A stretch of DNA of 43,582 nucleotides from a virus. Its lineage: Duplodnaviria; Caudoviricetes. How positions within the stretch are numbered: position 1 is the first letter of the stretch; the number at the start of each line of letters is the position of its first letter. The stretch spans positions 1 through 43,582 of the IMG/VR virus record IMGVR_UViG_3300037760_000034; one strand, 5' to 3'. Made by a program: the position numbers and the translations under genes. The notes beneath the pieces were generated by a model, which was not told the DNA's origin, made no database searches, and was given only the letters and a program-made list of their open reading frames with translations. Below are positions 1 to 8,851 of this stretch, one piece after another.

Positions 1-1797
1 ACGGGTATCTACACGATGGTCGCGAACAGCTTCCGCGCCGGTAAGGACACCAAGGGCGCGTTCGGCTACGCCAAGGACGCCTTCAAGTCGGGCGAGTCCC
101 TGTTCGGCGTCGGCAAAGAGACCGAGGGCCTGCGCGTGGTCGAAGCCGCGATCAACAACGGCCAGGGTACGCTGCCCAAGGTGATCGAGGTGATGTCCCA
201 CCTGGGCCGCGCCAACCTCCGCTTCATGGGCGGCACCGACGAGTTCTTCAAGGTGATCTCGTTCAGCGCCGAGCTGCACGCCACCGCCCGGCGCACGGCG
301 CGCGCCAACGGACTGCGCGGTGCGGAGCTGACGGCCGAAGTCAACCGTCTCGTCGACAGCCCCACCAGCGAAATGCTCCAGCACGCGGAGTACTTCGCAC
401 GCGAGAACACCTTCACGAAGGCATTTGCTGCGGACACCCTCGGCGGCATCATCGAGAAGGGCGCGCAGCACCCCTTCATGCGGGTCGCCTTCACCCCCTT
501 CTACCGGACACCGATGCGGCTCGCGGAGTTCAGCACCACGCATACGCCGATCCTCAACCTCCTCGCGAAGCAGACGTGGTCGGACATGTTCGGCAAGAAC
601 GCCACCGCCGTCACTCGCAACCTCGCCGCTGCCAAGATCATGACGGGCACCGCTGCACTCGGCCTCGTGGGCTGGTTCGCACTCAACGGCTACATCACCG
701 GCAACGCTCCGAGCGATCCGTCCCTGCGCGCAGCGTACGAACGGAGCGGCTGGAAAGAGAAGTCCATCTACAATCCGATCAACGGAAAGTACTACAGCTA
801 CGACAACCTGGAGCCCCTCTCCACCATCGTCTCGACCGCCGCCAACATGGTGCAGATCAGCCGTGACCTGGAAGACTGGGACGTGCAGACGCTCATGATG
901 GCGGGTGCCATCGCCACCTCGAAGAGCGTCCTGTCCAAGCAGTGGTTCCAGGGCCTCTCCGACTTCGCGGACGTGATCGAAGCAGCGACGCGCGGCGAGG
1001 ACGTGGCACGCGGACTCGTCTTCGTACACAAGCGGCTCGCGAGCCTCATTCCCGGTGCCGCCCCCGCGCGCCTCTTCAACAAGATGACCGACGACCAGCG
1101 GCGCGAGCTGAAGACGGTCACCGAGAACGACAACCCGGAGCTGCGGGAGTGGTCCCAGCTCGTTCACATCTGGACGCAGAACATCCCCGGCTGGGGGCAC
1201 CTCATCCCCGGCACCAGGCCGCGCCCCGCCATGGTCCACATGATTACCGGCGAGCCCATCGCGAACGAGAATACCTGGCTCCAGGCGATCAACCCGTTCC
1301 AGGTGACCACACACCGCAACGACCCCGTGCTGAACGAGCTGGTCGCCCTCGAAGGGGCAGGCCTCCCGCGCGAGATCCCGCGCGTCGTAGGCGGGCAGCA
1401 GCCCGGCAGCGAGTTCCGCCTCTCGGCGAACGACGAAGCGCGGATCATCAAGGAAGGCGTGAAGCTGAACGAGGAGGAGCGCCAGCGTCTCGGCGTCCTG
1501 CTCACGAAGGAGGTTACCGACTACAACGGGGACACTCTGCACGAAGCGCTGACCGCCCTCATCGAGACCGACGAGTACGATGACGCGAAGGACGGGCGTG
1601 ACGGCGGCAAAGCAGGGATGATCCAGGACGTGTTCAACACCTTCATGGAGCAAGCACAGAACCAACTCTTCGAGGAGTACCCGGAGCTGCAACACATCGT
1701 GCTGAAGCGCCAGCTCGAACGCGGACTGGGGCGCATCCCGAAGTCCCAGGACGACCTGGCAGACTTCGCCCGCGAACAACTCGAATCACAGAGGTAG
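1..1797 (+). CDS. C-terminal part of giant internal virion (ejection) protein, gp16-like; continues from 38951..43582 across the window junction
   Basis: Frame open from base 1 (TGIYTMVANSF...) and in frame with the stop-less ORF at the window end. ENTFT..PF.RTP and YSYDNLEP segments resemble podovirus large internal virion proteins. Confidence 0.8.
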   Translation, partial: TGIYTMVANSFRAGKDTKGAFGYAKDAFKSGESLFGVGKETEGLRVVEAAINNGQGTLPKVIEVMSHLGRANLRFMGGTDEFFKVISFSAELHATARRTARANGLRGAELTAEVNRLVDSPTSEMLQHAEYFARENTFTKAFAADTLGGIIEKGAQHPFMRVAFTPFYRTPMRLAEFSTTHTPILNLLAKQTWSDMFGKNATAVTRNLAAAKIMTGTAALGLVGWFALNGYITGNAPSDPSLRAAYERSGWKEKSIYNPINGKYYSYDNLEPLSTIVSTAANMVQISRDLEDWDVQTLMMAGAIATSKSVLSKQWFQGLSDFADVIEAATRGEDVARGLVFVHKRLASLIPGAAPARLFNKMTDDQRRELKTVTENDNPELREWSQLVHIWTQNIPGWGHLIPGTRPRPAMVHMITGEPIANENTWLQAINPFQVTTHRNDPVLNELVALEGAGLPREIPRVVGGQQPGSEFRLSANDEARIIKEGVKLNEEERQRLGVLLTKEVTDYNGDTLHEALTALIETDEYDDAKDGRDGGKAGMIQDVFNTFMEQAQNQLFEEYPELQHIVLKRQLERGLGRIPKSQDDLADFAREQLESQR

Positions 1798-1800
1798 ACA

Positions 1801-2109
1801 ATGCAAAAGCGCCGTCCGACGCCAGCACAAAATCAATCCACGCTAAGGGCCATTATGAACAAACTCGACAAGCAGAACGTCACCCTCACCGAGCGCCTGA
1901 TCGAGATGACCACCGTGATGCAGGCCCACATTGCGGCGGACGCGAAGGCATTCGCGGAACAGAGCGAAGCGATCCTGGAAGTCAACAAGGACGTGAAGTC
2001 ACTGCTCGCCTCTCGGTCCTTCCTGCGCGGGACGTGGTTCGCCATCGTCACGGTCGGCACGCTGATCGGCGTCCTTGCTGGTCTCGTCATCGCATGGTAC
2101 AGGCCATGA
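1801..2109 (+). CDS. Holin-like / coiled-coil protein with C-terminal transmembrane helix
   Basis: Heptad-like N-terminus, single hydrophobic C-terminal segment (WFAIVTVGTLIGVLAGLVIAWY); stop overlaps the endolysin start (ATGA). Confidence 0.5.
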   Translation: MQKRRPTPAQNQSTLRAIMNKLDKQNVTLTERLIEMTTVMQAHIAADAKAFAEQSEAILEVNKDVKSLLASRSFLRGTWFAIVTVGTLIGVLAGLVIAWYRP

Positions 2110-2495
2110 AGAGCCAGTACTTCAAGCCCGAGGAGTTCTGGGCCAAGGTGCAGGAGCCCGGCTACGACGGCAAGGCGGACCCGCATCCCGATCTGGTGCG
2201 CCGCCTCGACATCCTGCGCGGCCTCGTCAACCGCCCCGTCATCATCAACTCCGGTCGACGTGGACCGGCCGCAAACGCTGCCGCAGGTGGGGTGCCGAAT
2301 AGCGAGCACATGCGGGGAGAAGGTGCGGATCTGCGCGCCATCGAGTCGCGCGAGCGCTTCCTCCTCGTGGACGCCGCACTCAAAGCAGGCTTCCGCCGCA
2401 TCGGCATCGGGCGCACGTTCGTCCACGTCGGCGTTTCGCAGGAGCTGGCGCAAGACGTGATATGGACCTACTACACGGGAGGGCAAATCGCATGA
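2106..2495 (+). CDS. Endolysin, peptidase M15A family
   Basis: From MKSQYFKPEEF: INSGRR, SEHMRGEGAD, GFRRIGIGRTFVHV give the His/Asp/His zinc ligands typical of M15A. Confidence 0.85.
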   Translation: MKSQYFKPEEFWAKVQEPGYDGKADPHPDLVRRLDILRGLVNRPVIINSGRRGPAANAAAGGVPNSEHMRGEGADLRAIESRERFLLVDAALKAGFRRIGIGRTFVHVGVSQELAQDVIWTYYTGGQIA

Positions 2496-2608
2496 AGTAC
2501 CTTCGCTTCGCGCAGCTCTGCTGGAAGGCATACAACGGTGACGTACACGCTGGCCTCGAAGTGCTCGGCATCCTGCGCGCGCGGTTCGGAGAGCGGTTCG
2601 GCCAGTGA
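2492..2608 (+). CDS. Small hypothetical protein (38 aa)
   Basis: MKYLRFAQLCWKAY...; fills the gap with ATGA and GTGA overlaps to both neighbours, preceded by GGAGG. Confidence 0.55.
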   Translation: MKYLRFAQLCWKAYNGDVHAGLEVLGILRARFGERFGQ

Positions 2609-3045
2609 GCGTCACCGCCATGTTCCTCTCGCCCCTCCGCGTCGAGCAGCTCGACAAGGACAACTGGAAGCTGCTCGACGAGCTGCGCTTCTACAGCGTC
2701 GAGCTGGGGCGGATGATCGTGGTTCCCGAGGGGTTCGTCACCGACTTCGCCTCGGTGCCGCGCCTGCCGTTCATCTACTGGGCGACGGGCGGGACCGCCG
2801 AAGCGCCCGCCGTCCTACACGACTGGCTCTACCGCACGGGAGCCGAGAGCGTTACGCGCACGCAGGCGGACGCCGTCTTCGCCGAAGCCATCATCTCTCG
2901 CGACTACTACTGGCGGCTGCGCGCATGGTCCATGTGGGCCGGTGTGCGCGTCGGCGGATACTGGTCGTTCCACACCCGCGACGCGCGGCCATTGAGCCAG
3001 CCGGGGCTTGATACCGGCACACCCGACCAAGGAGTACAGTCATGA
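2605..3045 (+). CDS. DUF1353 family protein
   Basis: VPEGFVTDFASVPR, AVLHDWLY, ADAVFAEA, MWAGVRVGG motifs; family common in phage lysis regions. Confidence 0.85.
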   Translation: MSVTAMFLSPLRVEQLDKDNWKLLDELRFYSVELGRMIVVPEGFVTDFASVPRLPFIYWATGGTAEAPAVLHDWLYRTGAESVTRTQADAVFAEAIISRDYYWRLRAWSMWAGVRVGGYWSFHTRDARPLSQPGLDTGTPDQGVQS

Positions 3046-3446
3046 AGATCCTCGCCGCCCTGCTGCTCACCGTTGCACTCGTTCTCGCCCCGTACACCGT
3101 CGAGCTGGAGCTGGGCGCAGCGTCGTCCCTGCCCTGGAAGACGTTCTCCGAGTCCGCCGTCGACAGTGTCGCCGCGACCATGAGCGCATGCCCCGTTGGC
3201 GGGTCCGCCGCCGAAGTGCTGTACGTGCAGCTCGTGCGCGATGGACAGGTCTGGCTGTATTTCTATGCGCCCGACAGTGAGCGCTTCCTCTTCGCGCGTA
3301 TGACAGACGGCGCGCCAGTGGAGATCTTCACGGGTGTGGTCGACATGAAGACGCCCGGCAAGCACGACGTGATCCCGGACGTACCCAGCCAGCCGTACAA
3401 TCCGGGCTCGAATCCCTGCGACTACCTGTTCCCGAAGCAAGCCTGA
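3042..3446 (+). CDS. Hypothetical exported/membrane-anchored protein
   Basis: N-terminal MKILAALLLTVALVLA signal-like segment, AAGGAG RBS, ATGA overlap. Confidence 0.65.
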   Translation: MKILAALLLTVALVLAPYTVELELGAASSLPWKTFSESAVDSVAATMSACPVGGSAAEVLYVQLVRDGQVWLYFYAPDSERFLFARMTDGAPVEIFTGVVDMKTPGKHDVIPDVPSQPYNPGSNPCDYLFPKQA

Positions 3447-3464
3447 TCCACTGCTAGACGCACG

Positions 3465-3504
3465 AACGCCCCGGTGTCCGATACCCAGGACATCGGGGCG
3501 TTTT
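3465..3504. terminator. Intrinsic terminator between the two convergent arms
   Basis: AACGCCCCGGTGTCC / GGACATCGGGGCGTT inverted repeat (one wobble) followed by a T run, located between convergent genes. Confidence 0.8.
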
Positions 3505-3526
3505 GGGTCTGGAGTATCGGACTACG

Positions 3527-3823
3527 TCAGGGCTCCGACCCGTAGAAGCGCGTCCACATCGCCTCGCGCACCTTCAGCTCGCGGCGGATCTGGATGCTCA
3601 CGAGCAGATCGGACACGTACTCCAGTACTGGCTTCTGCGGACAGCCCGTCGCGAGCACTTCCAGAGAGAGAGTCTTCATCGCCTCGTCGAGGATCGGTTG
3701 CAGCTCCTCGGCTAGCACGTCGAGGTAGCGGACGACGTATGGGTCCATCGCCAGCTTCGTGTCCTTGGGCACCAGCCGCAGCGAGCGGTTCAGCTCCGGG
3801 TACACCCGCGCGTCGTCTTCCAT
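3527..3823 (-). CDS. Hypothetical protein
   Basis: MEDDARVYPELNRS...; TGATG coupling to the upstream ORF. Confidence 0.6.
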   Translation of the reverse strand: MEDDARVYPELNRSLRLVPKDTKLAMDPYVVRYLDVLAEELQPILDEAMKTLSLEVLATGCPQKPVLEYVSDLLVSIQIRRELKVREAMWTRFYGSEP

Positions 3824-3990
3824 CACCGGTCCACCAGCGCGCTGATGGTAAGCGTCGCGAAGGGCTTGTCCCACCGCCGCGTGACGGCCACGTCGATCTC
3901 GCCTTGCACCGCCACGCCGTGCGTCGTCAGGAACTCACGGATGAGCGCCTGGAACTGCCGCATGGTGTCGAACTCGCCCACCTCATCCAC
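3823..3990 (-). CDS. Small hypothetical protein (55 aa)
   Basis: GTG start after GGAGG, (M)DEVGEFDTMRQFQALIREF...; fills the gap with overlaps. Confidence 0.55.
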   Translation of the reverse strand: MDEVGEFDTMRQFQALIREFLTTHGVAVQGEIDVAVTRRWDKPFATLTISALVDR

Positions 3991-4255
3991 GGTTGCATCC
4001 TCCCTTGACGGCTGCGATGCTGGCCCCCGGCCACAAGCCAGCCTTACCGCGCGAGTGTAGGTGTGATAGTGCGTAGATCCTGTCCCCGTTCAAGCACGTC
4101 CAGTACAACGACGGCCCGCTCTCCATCGCCTTCAACGTCCATGCCCCCTCACGCGCGCCGACGCCCTGTTGCGGCTCCAGCGGCTCGCACGCCGACAGGA
4201 TCAGCAGGAGCAGTAGCATCGTCAGCGCGCAGACGATCCACCCCTTGGTCGTCAA
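3983..4255 (-). CDS. Putative lipoprotein
   Basis: TTG start; hydrophobic stretch ending in lipobox LSAC. Confidence 0.55.
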   Translation of the reverse strand: MTTKGWIVCALTMLLLLLILSACEPLEPQQGVGAREGAWTLKAMESGPSLYWTCLNGDRIYALSHLHSRGKAGLWPGASIAAVKGGCNRG

Positions 4256-4971
4256 CGCACCCTCGGATGACGCGTGCTGAAGTCGAAGGGGTGGCGACGC
4301 GTGAGCCCGCCGCCCTTGCCATCGTCCGCGTCCTTGGTGATGGCGTCGATCTCCTCCTGCGTCGGTACCGGCATCTCCGAAAGCAGCGGCAAGCCGAGAG
4401 GCGTACCCCGATGGCGCGGCTCGCGCGCGGCGTCTTGCGGCGTGGCGCGCAGGTACGTTCCGTCCGCCCGCCGCTGATAGCCCGGCACCGCTTTGGTGTC
4501 GGTCACGTCGGGCGCGAAGAGTTTCTTCGCCCGGTCCTTCAGCGCGCAGATCGCGATCCCCGCGTACACGAGCACGTCGCCCAGCCGCTCGATGGGGCCT
4601 TCCACTTTCTGCTCGATCTTCTGCGACAGGCCCCACAGCGTGGCGTCCACCTGCTTCAGGGCGTACACCAGCATCACCACGACGGGGTCCGACAGGTCGA
4701 GGCCGGGGTACTGCCCCAGGATCTTGGCGACGCGCTCGAAGTTTCCCAGCGGGTTGCCGCCGCGCGCGTAGTCGTGGTTCTTGTCCGAGTGCAGCTTCAT
4801 CTTCTCCAGCAGCATGGGCAGGAACTCCGGGTGCCCGTGCGGGAACTCCGCCTTCAGCTCGTCGAGCAGCTCGTCGCGCTTCTCGTTCATGTAGTCTCCC
4901 GTGATGAGTTTGGACATCACTTCGTCGAAGGTGAACAGCGTCGTGTAGACCCACGGTCCGAAGACGGTCAT
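4252..4971 (-). CDS. Nucleotide-modification-associated domain 1 (DUF1599/Nmad1-like) protein
   Basis: KLHSDKNHDYA..NPLGNF, LKQVD, ERLGDVLVYA pattern. Alternative start at 4890 has a GGGAG RBS. Confidence 0.65.
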   Translation of the reverse strand: MTVFGPWVYTTLFTFDEVMSKLITGDYMNEKRDELLDELKAEFPHGHPEFLPMLLEKMKLHSDKNHDYARGGNPLGNFERVAKILGQYPGLDLSDPVVVMLVYALKQVDATLWGLSQKIEQKVEGPIERLGDVLVYAGIAICALKDRAKKLFAPDVTDTKAVPGYQRRADGTYLRATPQDAAREPRHRGTPLGLPLLSEMPVPTQEEIDAITKDADDGKGGGLTRRHPFDFSTRHPRVR

Positions 4972-5321
4972 CGGCCCCAGAACGATTGCGCGATGCGCGC
5001 CATGATGAGCAGGCCGAGGGCAAACCACGTCCCGCCCTTGACGTTGTCGCCCAGGACGAAGACCGACAGCGCCACCCGGATGAACGTCGTGCTGAACGCC
5101 CACACGATGAAGGCATCCATCAGTGGTGTGCCAGGGATGGACACCAGCCGGTAGATGCAGTACCCGATGGTGAGCTGCATCGGCACCCAGAGGTACAGGT
5201 AGTGGTGCCACGGGCCGGGCAGCACCCGGTACAGGTACTCAGCGGCCACCGCTGGCACCGCTGCCGCCAGCCCCCAGAGGGTGGCGGGACCGAGCATGGC
5301 GAGCAGCCGCGTCGCCGTCAC
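4968..5321 (-). CDS. Four-helix membrane protein, SMR/DMT (EmrE/EamA-like) superfamily candidate
   Basis: 117 aa, four hydrophobic segments, C-terminal LSVFVLGDNVKGGTWFALGLLI resembling the DMT G(E/D) loop signature. Confidence 0.55.
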   Translation of the reverse strand: MTATRLLAMLGPATLWGLAAAVPAVAAEYLYRVLPGPWHHYLYLWVPMQLTIGYCIYRLVSIPGTPLMDAFIVWAFSTTFIRVALSVFVLGDNVKGGTWFALGLLIMARIAQSFWGR

Positions 5322-5491
5322 TGCGTCGCTACCCGGCGATACGGCGCGCCGTCGAAGTGCTGTTCGTCCTTCGACAGGTCGGGCGGGAACTCCAGCAGCA
5401 CCGCGATCCGCGCGAGCGACTCCGCAATGGACTCGTGGGCCTTCACCTGCCGCTGCATCAGGGTCCACTCCACTTCCTGCGCCTTATCCAT
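5318..5491 (-). CDS. Small hypothetical protein (57 aa)
   Basis: MDKAQEVEWTLMQRQ...; overlaps both neighbours. Confidence 0.55.
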   Translation of the reverse strand: MDKAQEVEWTLMQRQVKAHESIAESLARIAVLLEFPPDLSKDEQHFDGAPYRRVATQ

Positions 5492-5732
5492 TTGCTTTCT
5501 TCCTCTCCCGGTGGCGCTTACGCGCTGCCGTCAGTGCGGCCTTGAGGTACGGCGTCTCCCACATGGCCTCGCCCCACGCGTGGGCTTGCGGGGCCAGGAT
5601 CAGGTCGAAGGTGAGAACGTCCTGCGGCACGATCTCGTGTCCTGCCTCGACCAGCTCGCGCACTTCAGGCCGGTCGCACCACTCGGCGAGAACGGCGATA
5701 CGTAGCTTGGGGTTCGCCTTGCCCTTAGCCAA
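5484..5732 (-). CDS. Hypothetical protein
   Basis: 82-aa ORF with GGAGG RBS, tight packing. Confidence 0.6.
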   Translation of the reverse strand: MAKGKANPKLRIAVLAEWCDRPEVRELVEAGHEIVPQDVLTFDLILAPQAHAWGEAMWETPYLKAALTAARKRHRERKKANG

Positions 5733-6054
5733 GTTTGATTACCTCCGCGTCGGTGGGCGTGGCGATCAGCGGATGCGCTTCGCGCTCGGCCGCGCCACGT
5801 TCCAGGTGCCGGTCGAACGAGCTGATGCCCGCGATGACCAGCGCGATGAAGAACGCGCTACGCGTGGGCAGGCGTTCGGCCTTCGCCTTGTCCGACACCG
5901 CCTTCTCGTACCGGTCGGTGATGGCTTGCGCCAGATCGGGCGGGACGAGGTGCGTCTCGGTCACCATCCGAATCGGTTTGACGTACTCGGTCTTCGCCAC
6001 CTCGGCGAGACCGCCTTTGATGAGGCCCAGCCGCCGCTTCCTGGCCGCGCCCAT
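5725..6054 (-). CDS. Hypothetical protein
   Basis: MGAARKRRLGLIKGG...; TAATG coupling to the phosphoesterase stop. Confidence 0.6.
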   Translation of the reverse strand: MGAARKRRLGLIKGGLAEVAKTEYVKPIRMVTETHLVPPDLAQAITDRYEKAVSDKAKAERLPTRSAFFIALVIAGISSFDRHLERGAAEREAHPLIATPTDAEVIKLG

Positions 6055-6941
6055 TACGACAACACCTCGATCTGCGGGCTCCAGTACCTCACGCGCTCGC
6101 CCTCCTTCACCTTGTCGTAGATGTTCGGGGTGATGAACACGAGGGGGTTGCCGAGCACGACGGGCCGCATCATCCCTGCCTCGACGTACGATCCACGCGG
6201 CACCTTCCCGTTCTGCGTCCGCTCCATGTAGCCCTTCGAGAACCCGCCCGCGCCGACGAGGTGCATCGTGCGGTGGCGGAGGAAGTGCTGTTTCTTCCCC
6301 CAGTAGTATTCGACGCGGTCGATCTCGGCGTGGGCTTTCTTCGTCATGTGGCCCATCACCATCAGGTCGACGTGCCAGCTCGGGCTCACCTTCTCTAGCT
6401 TGTTCACCGGAGCTGCCGCCGTAGTCCCGCCTCCGCACCCGTGCGTGGCCCAGATGTCCACGTTGCACGAGGCGCTGCTGCCCTGGAAGTTCTCGACCTT
6501 CAGACCGATGCCAACCGTGGTCCCGAGGAACGCCGTCTTCAGCCAGCGCGCGAGATGCTGGTCCGTCGTCGTCCCGTCTTCGAGCTGCGTGAAGTGGTGC
6601 CCCTCCAGCAGCCCGTACCACCGACCGACCGTAGGCTTCAGCGCCTTCTCGAAGATCTCCTGCGTCAGCTCCATCGCCTTGTCGTCGATCACCATCTCCG
6701 TCGTGTCGTAGAAGCCCGCCCCCTTCCGCGCCTTGCGATTGCTCGGCGACATGAAGTCGATGTAGTCCCCCATCCCGAGAAACCACGCGTCGTGCTTCAG
6801 GCCCACGTCGATGCGCCGACGCAGCAGATCGAGCGACGTGCTGCCCTTGGGGCCAGCCCACTGGATGTCCCCGATGGGCATGATGGCGATGGGCTTCCCG
6901 TTCAGCTTCGATGCGTCCACCTTGTACTGGATCAGCTCCAT
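6054..6941 (-). CDS. Calcineurin-like metallophosphoesterase
   Basis: GDIQ, MGDYID, EGHH, THG, GHMT motifs in canonical order; TAATG coupling to the polymerase stop. Confidence 0.85.
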   Translation of the reverse strand: MELIQYKVDASKLNGKPIAIMPIGDIQWAGPKGSTSLDLLRRRIDVGLKHDAWFLGMGDYIDFMSPSNRKARKGAGFYDTTEMVIDDKAMELTQEIFEKALKPTVGRWYGLLEGHHFTQLEDGTTTDQHLARWLKTAFLGTTVGIGLKVENFQGSSASCNVDIWATHGCGGGTTAAAPVNKLEKVSPSWHVDLMVMGHMTKKAHAEIDRVEYYWGKKQHFLRHRTMHLVGAGGFSKGYMERTQNGKVPRGSYVEAGMMRPVVLGNPLVFITPNIYDKVKEGERVRYWSPQIEVLS

Positions 6942-8833
6942 TATGCGTCCCGCCTTTTCTTGACGGAGGCCGGGAAGAAGGCGTCGCGTCCGTTGATGGT
7001 GTAGTGGCGCTGCGCTACGTTGAGTGCCACCTGAGAGTACACGTCGTACAGCTCGGCCGGGAACGCCCACGTCTGCGCGTCGTACGCCCCCGTGATGAAG
7101 CGCGCCTCGGGCAGCAGCCGCTTGATCGTAAGGTAGGTCTGATTGTAGATCCCGGCGACGCCGCCTTGAAGCGGATGGTTGCTCGCTTCCCGGTAGCGCG
7201 CGTTCACGCCCTTGGCCGTGAGCCTGCGCGGCCTGCCGTCCCAGGTGTAGACGACGCCCGCCGTATCCACGTCGTGCTCGATGCTCTTCCAGAACTCCCG
7301 AATCCAGTGGTGCAGATCGAGGTAGCGGTTCACGGCGGCGGTCATGCGCGCACCGTCCATGCCCAGCGCCTTCGCACCAGGGATGTCGCCCATCCCGTCC
7401 GGGTTACCACGGTAGTGGGTACGGAAGATGGCGCGCTTGCTGAACGTGCGACGGATGTCATCCGCGCCCTGCCACTTCATCGCCTGCCGCCAGCTCGTGC
7501 AGTTGATGCAGTCGCAGGTGTGTACCGCCTTCGTCCGGTCGACCGGATGCGAGACGCCCATCAGGTCGCAGAGGTTCACGGTGTGCGTGTCCCAGTTGTC
7601 GGCCTTCGCCTTCAGGATCAGCTCGTCGCCCGCGAGGTAGCCGAGCAGCCACGTCTCGATGTTGGACCAGTCGAACTCGAAGAACGGCCAGCCGGGGTCG
7701 GGCCGGAAGAGGCGGCGGTTGTCGCCTTTGATCTGCGGCAGCGGCGGCTTCACGATGGAGTGCCGCCCGCTCGCCTGCGCGTGGATGCGCGTCTCCGGGT
7801 AGATCCGGTCGAGCACGCCCACCACGTTGTCCTTCTCCCAGATGAGGCACGGGTCCACGTAGTGGGAGCGCGCCTGCTGCGCCCCGTAGTACAGGTAGCG
7901 CGCTTCGAGCAGCGGGTTTCCACCCGCCTCGATGGCGGCGTCCGCCAGCTCCAGCGTGGGCTCCACCTCTTCGTCCCACTCGGTGCCGTGTAGCTTACGC
8001 AGCTCGGCGAGCGCATCCTTGTTCGTCGTCACCTTGGGGTCCGCGTCCCAGTCCTGATGCTTGGCCCACTGCGCCGGGAACTTCTCGACCGCGTAGAACG
8101 CGTGCGCGAGCTGGTCCGGCGACCCAAGGTTGATCGGGTATCCGAGGTACGCTTGGCCCAGCTTCAGCGCCTCGGCGCACTTGCGGTCGAACTTGTCCTT
8201 CAGCTCGTACGCTACCGCCCCGTCGACGGCAAGGCCACGCTCCTCGCCTTCGAGAATGTGTGGCAGCAGCGGCAGCGACTGCGTGCGATAGATACTCTCC
8301 GCCCTCGGGTCCGCAGGCCACAGCTCACGCTCGAACCGCTCGATGATCCGCATCGGGGCGACCAAGTCCATCGCGTTGTACAGCTCCGGGTGCGACTCGC
8401 TCAGATCCTTCCATTCCGGCATGCCGACGACGCGCACGCCGATGTCGCCCAGGTCGTGGTCTTCCTCGGCGAAGTAGGCCGCGTCCGCGAGCATGGTGTC
8501 GTCGAGCTGGCGGTGCATGCCCGGCGAGACGTTGAACCCGTGCATCCGCAGCACCCGAAGGTCCGCGATGGCGTTGTGGTACACGACGGGGATGTCCATC
8601 ATGTACTCGAAGAGGTGCAGCCGGGCCAGCTCGCGGTCCCCCTCGCTCAGCTCCTGCCACCAGAGCTGAAACACCTCGCGCTGGTTGCCGATGCCGATAC
8701 ACTTCAGGATCTCGGGGCGGTCCCGCTCCCACTCCAGGTCAATCGTCGCCCGGCCCAAGGCGAAGGGCGGAAGCTGGTTCCGATTGATCGGGGGGCAGAT
8801 CGCCCGCAGAGCCGCGATGCGTTCGTCGCTCAT
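6941..8833 (-). CDS. polA: DNA polymerase family A with 3'-5' exonuclease domain
   Basis: Exo motifs IDLEW, YHNAIAD, YNAMD; polymerase motifs ASGRHS, FDWSNIE (A), RTFSKRAIFRTHYRG (B), NHPLQG, divergent AYDA (C). Confidence 0.9.
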   Translation of the reverse strand: MSDERIAALRAICPPINRNQLPPFALGRATIDLEWERDRPEILKCIGIGNQREVFQLWWQELSEGDRELARLHLFEYMMDIPVVYHNAIADLRVLRMHGFNVSPGMHRQLDDTMLADAAYFAEEDHDLGDIGVRVVGMPEWKDLSESHPELYNAMDLVAPMRIIERFERELWPADPRAESIYRTQSLPLLPHILEGEERGLAVDGAVAYELKDKFDRKCAEALKLGQAYLGYPINLGSPDQLAHAFYAVEKFPAQWAKHQDWDADPKVTTNKDALAELRKLHGTEWDEEVEPTLELADAAIEAGGNPLLEARYLYYGAQQARSHYVDPCLIWEKDNVVGVLDRIYPETRIHAQASGRHSIVKPPLPQIKGDNRRLFRPDPGWPFFEFDWSNIETWLLGYLAGDELILKAKADNWDTHTVNLCDLMGVSHPVDRTKAVHTCDCINCTSWRQAMKWQGADDIRRTFSKRAIFRTHYRGNPDGMGDIPGAKALGMDGARMTAAVNRYLDLHHWIREFWKSIEHDVDTAGVVYTWDGRPRRLTAKGVNARYREASNHPLQGGVAGIYNQTYLTIKRLLPEARFITGAYDAQTWAFPAELYDVYSQVALNVAQRHYTINGRDAFFPASVKKRRDA

Positions 8834-8851
8834 CACTACTATACGCCGCGA
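8833..8851 (-). promoter_or_regulatory. Conserved 19-bp motif copy 1 (TCGCGGCGTATAGTAGTGA), candidate phage promoter
   Basis: 18/19 identical to the other two copies; abuts the polymerase start codon. Confidence 0.75.
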
